A stretch of DNA of 29,761 nucleotides, from the IMG/VR virus record IMGVR_UViG_3300045988_081399. One strand, written 5' to 3'. The notes under the pieces were generated by a model. That model was not told where the DNA came from. It saw only the letters and a program-made list of their open reading frames with translations, and did no database searches. The stretch is from a virus. Positions 15,239-23,395 of the stretch are shown piece by piece; the stretch's first letter is position 1; each line of letters starts with the position of its first letter. Position numbers and translations under genes: made by a program.

Positions 15239-16351
15239 ATGGCAAATAGCTTTATTACCATCCAGGAGATCGCCAGAGCAGCGCTGCCCCGACTGATCGA
15301 AAACCTGGTATTCCCCAACCTAGTTTATAAGGACTTTTCCAACGATTTCTCCCGCAACCTGGGCGACACCATCCAGGTGCGCAAGCCCGTCCTGCTGGAG
15401 GCAAAGGAGTTTGACCAGAGTGTGGGCACCACCGCCCAGGACATTGTGGAGACCTCCGTCCCCGTGACCCTGGACAAGATCGCCACCGTTGACGTGGAGA
15501 TCACCGCCATCCAGGGTGCCACCAACATCAACGACCTCCAGCGTCAGGTGCTGGAGCCTGCCGCCGTGGCGCTGGCACAGAAGATCAACTCTGACGGCCT
15601 GGCACTGTACAAGGACATCCCCTACATCTGCGGCACTGCCGGCACCGCCCCCAGCGCCCTGAAAGACCTGGCAGACGTCCGGCGTGTGCTCAACGCCAAC
15701 AAAGCACCTGTCTCTCCCCGCTATGCGGTCTGGGATACTGCGGCAGACGCCAGCCTGGTGACCATCCCCGCCATCGTCAACGCCGAAAAGAGCGGCAGCA
15801 CCCAGGCGCTGCGGGAAGGCTCCCTGGGCAGAGTGATGGGCCTGGATAACTACATGAGCCAGGGAATCCATCAGCACACCACCGGCATCACCAGCGCCTC
15901 CGCCGTCAAGGTCAACGGTGCGGTGACTGCGGGTGCTACCACCCTGGCCATCGACGGCACCGCGCTGGTCGGCAAGCTGGTCAAGGGCGATGTGCTGACC
16001 ATCGACGGCAAAAGCTACGTGGTCACCGAGGACAGCGCGGCCGCAGCGTCCAATGCCATCACTGGCGTCAAGGTCTATCCTGCCCTGCCCGACATCAAGG
16101 ACAATGCCGATGTGACCCTGGCAGGCAGCCACACCGCAAACCTGGGCTTCCACCCCTCCGCGTTCGCCTTTGTGACCCGTCCGCTGGTCAACCCCTCCGG
16201 CGTGGAGTCCTATGTGACCTCTTATAACGGTGTGAGCCTGCGTGTGGTTAAAGGTTACAACATGCAGTACAAGAAGGAGACGCTGTCCATGGACGTCCTG
16301 TACGGTTACAAGACCATGTATCCCGAGTTGGCTGTCCGTGCCATGGGCTAA
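15239..16351 (+). CDS. Major capsid protein (HK97 fold, P22-coat-like family)
   Basis: AAGGAGA RBS. 370 aa. The N-terminal FITIQEIARAALPRLIENLVFPNLVYKDFSNDFSRNLGDTIQVRKP pattern matches P22-coat-like capsid proteins, from memory. Located after the scaffold gene. Confidence 0.85.
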   Translation: MANSFITIQEIARAALPRLIENLVFPNLVYKDFSNDFSRNLGDTIQVRKPVLLEAKEFDQSVGTTAQDIVETSVPVTLDKIATVDVEITAIQGATNINDLQRQVLEPAAVALAQKINSDGLALYKDIPYICGTAGTAPSALKDLADVRRVLNANKAPVSPRYAVWDTAADASLVTIPAIVNAEKSGSTQALREGSLGRVMGLDNYMSQGIHQHTTGITSASAVKVNGAVTAGATTLAIDGTALVGKLVKGDVLTIDGKSYVVTEDSAAAASNAITGVKVYPALPDIKDNADVTLAGSHTANLGFHPSAFAFVTRPLVNPSGVESYVTSYNGVSLRVVKGYNMQYKKETLSMDVLYGYKTMYPELAVRAMG

Positions 16352-16360
16352 GGAGACAGC

Positions 16361-16507
16361 ATGATGTATATTGCGACCGACAAAGACGGGAACGAATACA
16401 ATTTGACCGAAGACCAGGTGGAAGTCTGGGAGCGGTGCGGGTATCAAATCCGCAAAGCGGAGCCGAAGAAGGCAACCGCCAAGAAAACGGCCAAGAAGGT
16501 AGAATGA
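16361..16507 (+). CDS. Small hypothetical protein (48 aa, Lys-rich C-terminus), not in the ORF track
   Basis: AAGGAGA 16350-16356 precedes ATG 16361. Reads MMYIATDKDGNEYNLTEDQVEVWERCGYQIRKAEPKKATAKKTAKKVE, stop TGA 16505-16507. It fills the gap between the capsid and connector genes. Confidence 0.45.
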   Translation: MMYIATDKDGNEYNLTEDQVEVWERCGYQIRKAEPKKATAKKTAKKVE

Positions 16508-16526
16508 CCAGAGGAGGTGATCCCGT

Positions 16527-16889
16527 GTGACAGAAGTACAGCACGAAAAGGCATATGCAAAGCTCATCCGGAAGCTGGAACTGACAGAGCAGAGCGGCGG
16601 CGACGTCGCCCGCTTGGATGATGCTTTGGAGGAGGCAGAGGGGGCGCTCCTCCTCTACCTCCGCTGGGACGAGATGACGGATGTGCTCCTCGCCAAGCTG
16701 GTGGAGCTGGCTGCGCTGTATTACCGGCGTGACGCCGCTGGGGTCACCTCCGGCGGCGTGAAGTCCAGCTCATACACCGAAAATGAGGTCAGCCAGAGCG
16801 AAACCTACCTGACCGCCGGCGACTATGCCACAGCAGAGCAGGATATTTTAGCTGGCCTGGCCAGATACCGGGAGGTGCGGATGAGATGA
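16527..16889 (+). CDS. Head-tail connector (gp6-like / DNA-packaging adaptor)
   Basis: GAGGAGG RBS precedes GTG 16527. 120 aa, helical; ...LDDALEEAEGALLLYL...LAKLVELAALYYRRD resembles Phage_connect_1-type proteins. Confidence 0.65.
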   Translation: MTEVQHEKAYAKLIRKLELTEQSGGDVARLDDALEEAEGALLLYLRWDEMTDVLLAKLVELAALYYRRDAAGVTSGGVKSSSYTENEVSQSETYLTAGDYATAEQDILAGLARYREVRMR

Positions 16890-17227
16890 GACAGACACCA
16901 TGCGCATGGCGCAGGGCGTGGAAGCTGTATCGCTCCGTCCAGACCGTGGACAGCCGAGGTGACCCGGTGCGCAAGTATGACATGACCTCCCCCGACTATA
17001 CAGGGGAGGCTGGGAAAGCGTCCGGTGTTTGCTGGCAGATCACCAGCGACGGCATCCAGGTGGATGCGTCCGGCGAGCGACCGGCACGGACGGCGGCTTT
17101 TGCGCTGTACGACAGCGCCGTGGAGATCGCCCCATTCGACCGCTGCATTTTTGACGGCGGCACATGGGAGGTCAAGGCGGTGCAGAGTTGGCCAAACCAC
17201 CGGTATGTGACATTGGAGGCGGTGTGA
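16886..17227 (+). CDS. Head closure / head-tail joining protein (SPP1 gp16-like)
   Basis: ATGA overlap with the upstream stop. 113 aa. Call rests on position and size; weak motif support only. Confidence 0.55.
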   Translation: MRQTPCAWRRAWKLYRSVQTVDSRGDPVRKYDMTSPDYTGEAGKASGVCWQITSDGIQVDASGERPARTAAFALYDSAVEIAPFDRCIFDGGTWEVKAVQSWPNHRYVTLEAV

Positions 17228-17228
17228 T

Positions 17229-17741
17229 ATGGGAGACCTGGGGAAATTCCAGGCGGCTGTTGAACGCTCTGCCGATACGCTCATGCAGGAGCTGGGACGG
17301 AAAGCAAAACTACACGCAGATATGTTGGCGGGCATGACCAGAGCGATGACGCCGGTCGGTATCGAAAACGGCGGCAGGACTAGAGAGAGCATCCAGAGCT
17401 TTGTCGAGCGCGACAAAGACACGATAACCGGCGGCGTAAAATCTGACTATCCGGTCGCTGTGTTTTTGGAGTTTGGCACCGGCCCCGTTGCAGAGGAGAC
17501 TGGGTATCCTGGAGATATTCAGGTCTCACATGTGGCCGAGGGCTGGTGGTGGTACTCCGACGAGGCCGGACAGCGTATCAAGGCGGCCAGACACGGTGGC
17601 GATCCGGATGACTACAGCCTGTTTACGTACACACGGGGGCAACCGCCCAGGGCAATGTTTCACAACGCAATCCAGGCATGCGGCGACAAAATCATGGAGG
17701 ATTTCGGCGCAACGGTATTGGAGGTGCTGCGAGATGACTGA
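17229..17741 (+). CDS. HK97 gp10-family neck / tail-attachment protein
   Basis: ...GGVKSDYPVAVFLEFGTGP... is characteristic of the HK97 gp10-like family. 170 aa. Confidence 0.72.
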   Translation: MGDLGKFQAAVERSADTLMQELGRKAKLHADMLAGMTRAMTPVGIENGGRTRESIQSFVERDKDTITGGVKSDYPVAVFLEFGTGPVAEETGYPGDIQVSHVAEGWWWYSDEAGQRIKAARHGGDPDDYSLFTYTRGQPPRAMFHNAIQACGDKIMEDFGATVLEVLRDD

Positions 17742-18120
17742 CTACCCCGGCATGATTGACGCGATCCCGCAAATCCGGCAGGCGCTGGCGTCCTTGAATA
17801 CCACGCTGCCCTATACCATCTCTGAGCAGTGGCCAAGAGCGGCCATCACCGGCAATCTCATCACGGTGACGGAGATCACCAACACCTCCACCGGCTGGCG
17901 CTGCGTGGACGACCTGGCCTATCAGATTGACGTCTGGGCAGCAGAGGCGGACGCCGTGCGAGAGCTGACGCCGCTGGTCAATGATGCACTGTTGCGCATC
18001 GGCTTCCGTCGCACCGCCTCCCAGCCGTTGGACAGATACGATAAAAACGGCGGATATTTCCGCAAAGCACTCCGATTTGGGCGCAAAATCGACAAACGGT
18101 TTATGCGCTTGATCGATTAA
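17734..18120 (+). CDS. Tail completion / tail terminator-like protein (128 aa)
   Basis: ATG 17734 overlaps the upstream stop (ATGACTGA). The tracked ORF 17473..18120 over-extends through the previous gene. Call is based on position. Confidence 0.55.
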   Translation: MTDYPGMIDAIPQIRQALASLNTTLPYTISEQWPRAAITGNLITVTEITNTSTGWRCVDDLAYQIDVWAAEADAVRELTPLVNDALLRIGFRRTASQPLDRYDKNGGYFRKALRFGRKIDKRFMRLID

Positions 18121-18136
18121 GAAAGGATGATTGATT

Positions 18137-18574
18137 ATGGCGGATAACACCACCAGACAGGGCATTGCCTCCATTGGCATCAAGGTGGAGATCAACTCGG
18201 TCGAAATGAACTATGTGCAGGAGATTGGCGACATCGGCGGCGCGCCTTCCGACCTGGACGCCACCTGCCTCAAAGACTCCATGAAAAAGAACGTTCCTGG
18301 TGTTCAGGACACCAAGTCCTTTGAAATTACCTACTTCTTTGATAACAGCTCCGCCGACTCCGACTACCGGAAGATCAAGGCGTTGCAGACTGCCGGAAAT
18401 GTCGTCCCCGTGGCGGTCACTTTCCCCGACGGCACCAAGTTTGCTACCACCGGTTACATCACCACTTACACCTCTGGCGTCAAGGTTGACGAGCTGATCA
18501 TGGCAAAACTGACCGTTGGCCTCCAGAGCGATTGGACGGTGACTAATCCGACCGCTAGTACCGGTGGGGGCTGA
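18137..18574 (+). CDS. Major tail (tube) protein
   Basis: AAAGGA precedes ATG 18137; TTG 18131 is an alternative start. 145 aa. Located before the chaperone pair and tape measure. Followed by a hairpin. Confidence 0.65.
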   Translation: MADNTTRQGIASIGIKVEINSVEMNYVQEIGDIGGAPSDLDATCLKDSMKKNVPGVQDTKSFEITYFFDNSSADSDYRKIKALQTAGNVVPVAVTFPDGTKFATTGYITTYTSGVKVDELIMAKLTVGLQSDWTVTNPTASTGGG

Positions 18575-18602
18575 TAACCCGGAGATGCGTAAAAACAACA
18601 AG

Positions 18603-18636
18603 GGGAGGGGCTTTTCGGCCTCTCCCGTCTAATTTT
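18603..18636 (+). terminator. Hairpin / partial terminator after the tail tube gene
   Basis: GGGAGGGGC (18603-18611) pairs with GCCTCTCCC (18618-18626), 9 bp with one G-T pair and loop TTTTCG. It is followed by GTCTAATTTT. Confidence 0.45.
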
Positions 18637-18647
18637 GGAGGAAAGTT

Positions 18648-19055
18648 ATGAGAACTTACGAAAGAATGATTGGCAACGACAAGTATCAGTTCCGCCTGAC
18701 CGCAGGCGCACAGAAAGTATTGGAGAAGCGGTTTGATGCGACGGGGCTCCAACTGATTCTGGAAAGCGCTGCAAACGTTGAGAGGATGACCGCTATCCTG
18801 GGCGCATCCGCAAACTACAAAGGCAATGAGAACCCGACGGTTGACGGCGCAATGATCTACGACCTGCTGGTAGACGATGGTGTTGCCGGTGAAGATGGGT
18901 TCTTCGAAATTTCGCTTGGAATCGCCGTGGCCTCCGGCATCATGAACGAGACGAATGCAGGCAAGACCATGGAAGCGATCACAAAGGCCGTGGAGGAAAC
19001 CTATGCCAGCCTGGACCCTACGGGGGAGAAGGATGCGGAAGCGGCAGAGAACTGA
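18648..19055 (+). CDS. Tail assembly chaperone (gpG-like)
   Basis: GGAGGAAAG RBS. 135 aa, acidic. Located between the tube gene and tape measure. Confidence 0.6.
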   Translation: MRTYERMIGNDKYQFRLTAGAQKVLEKRFDATGLQLILESAANVERMTAILGASANYKGNENPTVDGAMIYDLLVDDGVAGEDGFFEISLGIAVASGIMNETNAGKTMEAITKAVEETYASLDPTGEKDAEAAEN

Positions 19056-19057
19056 CC

Positions 19058-19363
19058 TTGGATGACATCGTGCAAGAAGGAGTCATCGCCGGAATACCGG
19101 CCATAGAGGTTTGGGATTGGACGCTGGGGGAAATCTTGGCGCAGATCAAGGCTGTATTTGAGCGGCGGCGGCGTGACGGGCAAATGCTCGCACAAGTCGC
19201 CGTTGGCGAGGCGCACATGGTCGCAGCGCACTTCTCCAATGGTGCGAATCCGGAAATTTGGGAGGTTTTCCCGTTTTGGACAGACGATGAAATCATGCGG
19301 TGCAAGGTGGAAAAGTACAAGCGCCTGATGTGGCGACATGCAGGAGGTGGTAGCCATGGCTGA
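19058..19363 (+). CDS. Downstream -1-frame ORF (gpT-like extension, probably made as a G-T fusion by frameshifting)
   Basis: The ORF is in the -1 frame relative to 18648..19055. That frame is open from at least nt 18980 through the G-gene stop. There is no good RBS, and TTG is the only start. The end overlaps the tape measure start. Confidence 0.5.
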   Translation: MDDIVQEGVIAGIPAIEVWDWTLGEILAQIKAVFERRRRDGQMLAQVAVGEAHMVAAHFSNGANPEIWEVFPFWTDDEIMRCKVEKYKRLMWRHAGGGSHG

Positions 19364-22300
19364 CGGCAGCGTAACAATCAAAGAAATTCGGGCGAAATTT
19401 ACTGCCGACATCCAGGATTACCGGCAGAAAATGCAGGCACTATCCAGCTCCATTGCGGGCATGGACAGCAAGCTGGAGGGCATCAAACGCAAGGCGCAAG
19501 TGGCGATGGACTCCCCGTCCAAGAGTACGCAGAAGCTGGGGCGGGCGCTGAACTCCTCTGTAACGGCGCTCCAGCGGAGTCGGCGTCAGTTTGAGTCTGT
19601 TGCTCAAGCAGGCGACCGGACAGCAAAAGAAATGGAAAAGGTGTCACAAAAGATGGCCGAGGTGGGGAAAACATATCAGGCCATCATGGACGCGAAGGCG
19701 TCCGGGATTGATTTGGCCACACCCATCCAAAAGCAGATGGACGCGGCATCAGAAAAAGTTGATCAGCTATATAACCGAATTTCCGGTCTGAAACAGCAGC
19801 TTGTAGCAACGAAGGGAACGAATTACACGGCGGTTTTTGACGGTAATGAGGTGCTCAACGTTGAAGACGTCAGCGCACGAATCAAAAAGCTGACCAGAGA
19901 AGCAGAAACGGCAGGCCAGGTGGTCGTAAAATTGGCTGCCGCCATCGACAATATTGGCGAAAGCAACCTGAAATTCGCAAATGAAAGCGGGCTTGCAAGG
20001 CTCCGAAAGCAAATGGAGGCGTCTGCGGATAAAGCTGAGAGGTTAGGGGGAAAACTCGCCCAATCTGGAAAGAAAGCCGAGGAAATGGCGGGCAAAGTCC
20101 GCCAGAACAGCCAAGCGCTCAACAGCAACGCAAAGAGCCTATCCAGGACATCTGCCCTGTACAATGCACTCATTTCCGCCGGCGACCGCCTTGGGAAAGG
20201 CTTGTCCTCTGTCAAAAACAAAATCGCAGGAATCGGGAACACGTCCAGGAGCAGCACAGGCAAAGTAGAAGGGCTGTTGAGATCTATCCGACGCATCTCT
20301 ATCGTTAATTTGGGCTTACACCTTGCGCGGGCGTCCTCTGGCATCGGAGAGCTGCAAGGCGCCGTCACCAGGTATATGGACACCAATGACGCAGCGGCGG
20401 CGTCTATCAACCGCTTGCGTAATGGTTTAACCAACGCTCTTGCGCCTGCTATCAATCTTTGTGTCAACTTGCTTAGCAAGGTCATGCCGTATTTGATCGG
20501 CATTGTTGACGCCGTGGCCTCCCTCATTACCAATATCTTCGGTGAAGGATGGACGACCGTCAGCACCGGCGCAGGAGCGGCAGCGGACGCCACAAAGGAC
20601 GTAGCCGACAACACCAAGGACGCTGCCAAAGCCCAGAAGGAGTACAACAAGCTCATTGCGGGGTTTGATGAAATCGAAAAACTAGAGAAGCAGTCTGACA
20701 CTGGCGGCTCCGGTGGTTCGGGCGGCTCCGGCGGGAAAGCGAAGCAGGACAAAGCGGAAGGTACGGAAGGCATCGCCGGGAAGCTCCCCAAATGGTTGGA
20801 GAGTCTCATCAACGATATTGACAGCCTACTGACCAAAGGCGACTTTTACGGCATCGGCACCCGCATCAGCGAGACGCTCAACAGCGCCACAAAGGCGGTG
20901 GACGACTGGTTTAACAATGTCCTGCGCCCCAAGGGCGTGCTGTGGGCTGGCCGCTTTGCGGACGTGTTCAACGGCTTGGTAGAGGGCTATGACTGGGGGC
21001 TGCTGGGGGATACCATCTCTGATGGGCTCTTGGCGGCTATCGACATTGCCGGTACGTTTATCCGCAACGCTCGGTTTGAGAGCTTGGGCAAAGGGATTGC
21101 GACCAGTATCAATCGAGCTATCAAGCGCATCAACGAGTCTGACATCAACTTTGGGTCGTTCCTGGCTGACCTGCTCAATGCGGGCATCCGCGGGCTGTAT
21201 GGCTTTGCAAGCACCGTCAAATGGAACCAGATCGGCACCTTTGTCGCCAACAATGTCAACAAGTTTTTTAAGACCGTTGACTGGAAAAAGGCTGGACGAA
21301 CTGCTGGTAAGCTGATTGCTGGCCTGGGCGAGATGCTCGTAACAGCTATATCCAAAATCAGCATAAGCAAAGTTGCGCGAGCATTCAGCGATTTTTTGGA
21401 GAGCGCAGGAATTAGCAAATCTCTGGTGGTTGATATAGCATTGCTTTTTGCCGTTGCGAAAGGCGTGAAAATCGCAAACGCAATTTGTGGTGCGATCGGA
21501 TTAGGCGCAACTACATCAATGGCTGGAATTTCTGGTATAGCGTTACCTATCACGTTAGCTGTTGGGTCGGTTATGGTGATGCAGGGCGTAGCTGAACTGT
21601 TGCATACCAAGGTGAAAGCAATCCTCAAAGAAGCCGGGTACGACCCAGACAAAGATTTTAACTCGAATGGCACAAGAAAAGGGAACGAGCACTGGTACAA
21701 CAGTAAAGTAAATATCGGAGACGTATGGAAAGACATAAAGGATTTCTTTACGTCCGGAAACGATAAAGGCTCGCGAACAGACCTCCAAAAGGAAGCCGAC
21801 GCAGCTCGAGCAAAATACAAGCAGTATACCGAAGGAGCAAAACGACGGACGTCGAACCAGGGCGGCAGGGTCGCCGAAAACACCCAGAAAGCTACCGAAA
21901 AGGGCGCAAAGGCGTCCACCGATGGTTGGAGCTGGTTGAAACGTGTTGGCGTGTCTGCCTCCGCCGTAGCGAAAGGTACGAGCGCCAAGATCAAGACGGT
22001 ATCGACTATCAATCAGAGCGGTAAAAACACCCAAACCGTTGGCGTCAAACTGGCACAAGACGGTTGGGGTTCCGTTGGTGACTGGGTGCAAGAGCACATT
22101 GGCAGCCCTGTTGCCAAAGCGGTCGGCCTTGGTCGAGACAAATGGGAGTATGTCAGCAGCTGGGTCGGCGAACGACTGGGCGGCGGCGTTAGTAAAGTGA
22201 TCGGCCTTGGACAGGACGGATGGAGCTCTGTCAGCGGATGGGTTAAAGAGCATTTTGGCGGCGGCGTCAGCAAAGGAATCGGATTGCTCAAAGACGGTTG

Positions 22301-22988
22301 GAGTTCTGTAAAAGATTGGGTCAACGATCACACCGGCGGTGCGGTGAGCAAGCTGGTGGGGCTGGTGAAGAACGGATGGAGCAGCGTGGCAGCCTGGGTG
22401 GGCAGTGCGCGGACATCGGTGAAGGCCAAGATCGGCTTGGTCAAGAGCGGCTGGCGGACGCTGGCCGGATTCATCGGCTCCTTTAAAAAGAATATCCGGC
22501 TGAAGCTGACCTGGGTGACCAGCGGCTTGAGCAGCTTCAAGAAAACCGTGGCGCGGATACTGTTCGGCAGCGCCAAGTGGCCGACCCTGCAATTTGCCGC
22601 TCGAGGCGGCGTGGTCAACGGAGCAACGCTGTTCGGCAGCACGGTAGTAGGTGAGGCGGGACGAGAAGCCATCGTGCCCCTGGAGCGGAACACCGAATGG
22701 ACTGGACAGGTAGCCAAGCTCCTGGCGCGGCATCTGTACGATCTGCCGCAGCCCACCGCTCCGTCTATGTATAGCACTGACAACGCAATCAGCGACTCCG
22801 ACATGGCTGAGCTGGTCGCTCTCCTGCGGGCAATCCGCTCTGATGTGGCCGCAGTGCGGCAGAGCAGCGGCGGGAGCGTCACGGTCAACACCAACCTGGA
22901 CGGTCGTACCATCGCACGGAGCACCATTGACTACATCAACGGCCAGGCCAAAGCCACCGGCGTCAACCCGCTGGCTGCTTATATGTGA
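19356..22988 (+). CDS. Tape measure protein (~1210 aa)
   Basis: AGGAGG 19342-19347 lies 8 nt before ATG 19356. It is the largest gene, with a coiled-coil-rich N-terminal half, a GGSGGSGGSGG linker (about 20701-20735), a hydrophobic segment (about 21420-21600), and about six ~26-aa W-containing repeats at 22038-22485. Confidence 0.9.
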   Translation: MADGSVTIKEIRAKFTADIQDYRQKMQALSSSIAGMDSKLEGIKRKAQVAMDSPSKSTQKLGRALNSSVTALQRSRRQFESVAQAGDRTAKEMEKVSQKMAEVGKTYQAIMDAKASGIDLATPIQKQMDAASEKVDQLYNRISGLKQQLVATKGTNYTAVFDGNEVLNVEDVSARIKKLTREAETAGQVVVKLAAAIDNIGESNLKFANESGLARLRKQMEASADKAERLGGKLAQSGKKAEEMAGKVRQNSQALNSNAKSLSRTSALYNALISAGDRLGKGLSSVKNKIAGIGNTSRSSTGKVEGLLRSIRRISIVNLGLHLARASSGIGELQGAVTRYMDTNDAAAASINRLRNGLTNALAPAINLCVNLLSKVMPYLIGIVDAVASLITNIFGEGWTTVSTGAGAAADATKDVADNTKDAAKAQKEYNKLIAGFDEIEKLEKQSDTGGSGGSGGSGGKAKQDKAEGTEGIAGKLPKWLESLINDIDSLLTKGDFYGIGTRISETLNSATKAVDDWFNNVLRPKGVLWAGRFADVFNGLVEGYDWGLLGDTISDGLLAAIDIAGTFIRNARFESLGKGIATSINRAIKRINESDINFGSFLADLLNAGIRGLYGFASTVKWNQIGTFVANNVNKFFKTVDWKKAGRTAGKLIAGLGEMLVTAISKISISKVARAFSDFLESAGISKSLVVDIALLFAVAKGVKIANAICGAIGLGATTSMAGISGIALPITLAVGSVMVMQGVAELLHTKVKAILKEAGYDPDKDFNSNGTRKGNEHWYNSKVNIGDVWKDIKDFFTSGNDKGSRTDLQKEADAARAKYKQYTEGAKRRTSNQGGRVAENTQKATEKGAKASTDGWSWLKRVGVSASAVAKGTSAKIKTVSTINQSGKNTQTVGVKLAQDGWGSVGDWVQEHIGSPVAKAVGLGRDKWEYVSSWVGERLGGGVSKVIGLGQDGWSSVSGWVKEHFGGGVSKGIGLLKDGWSSVKDWVNDHTGGAVSKLVGLVKNGWSSVAAWVGSARTSVKAKIGLVKSGWRTLAGFIGSFKKNIRLKLTWVTSGLSSFKKTVARILFGSAKWPTLQFAARGGVVNGATLFGSTVVGEAGREAIVPLERNTEWTGQVAKLLARHLYDLPQPTAPSMYSTDNAISDSDMAELVALLRAIRSDVAAVRQSSGGSVTVNTNLDGRTIARSTIDYINGQAKATGVNPLAAYM

Positions 22989-23000
22989 GGAGGCGGCAGT

Positions 23001-23384
23001 ATGGCAAATATCACGGTCAGTGATCTGTATATCAACAGCAAGCAAATGCCGACTCCGGCGGCAGAGGGCGTGACCATCACCCGGGAGAAAATCTGGTCGG
23101 AAGACACCGGGCGAACGGCGGACGGCGGCATGACAGGCACCATCATCGCCATCAAAACGAAAATGTCCATCCGCTGGGCACTGCTGACGCCGGCGCAGGT
23201 GGCCACTATCGAGGCAGCTGTCTCCGATGGTGGCCACCCCTTTGTGCCGGTGAAATTCACCGATGCTACCGGCGCAACGGTGACCAAGACCATGTACTTT
23301 GGTACACCCACCTATACGGTTTACTCCTGGGCGAATGGCTACCAGTACATCAAAGACGTGTCGGTGGATGCAATCGAAAAGTGA
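23001..23384 (+). CDS. Tail-tip component in the distal-tail-protein position (127 aa, unusually short)
   Basis: GAGGAGG RBS. Immediately after the tape measure gene. Beta-rich sequence. No motif recognised. Confidence 0.45.
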   Translation: MANITVSDLYINSKQMPTPAAEGVTITREKIWSEDTGRTADGGMTGTIIAIKTKMSIRWALLTPAQVATIEAAVSDGGHPFVPVKFTDATGATVTKTMYFGTPTYTVYSWANGYQYIKDVSVDAIEK

Positions 23385-23395
23385 GGTGACAGATT

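Noticed and set aside
15320-16567. Long minus-strand ORF (415 aa); likewise 21555..23237 (560 aa), 25577..26848 (423 aa), 11581..12615 (344 aa), 19823..20836 (337 aa), 20987..22012 (341 aa) and 14506..15318 (270 aa)
   Set aside because: All lie antisense to strongly supported capsid, tape-measure, endolysin, portal and scaffold genes. Their translations are low-complexity (R/G/A/P/H-rich), as is typical of shadow ORFs in GC-rich DNA, and no RBS is present.
17473-17733. N-terminal extension of tracked ORF 17473..18120 (215 aa)
   Set aside because: The extension overlaps the HK97 gp10-like gene in another frame and has an Arg/Pro-rich translation. ATG 17734, overlapping the upstream stop, gives the expected ~128-aa tail completion protein.
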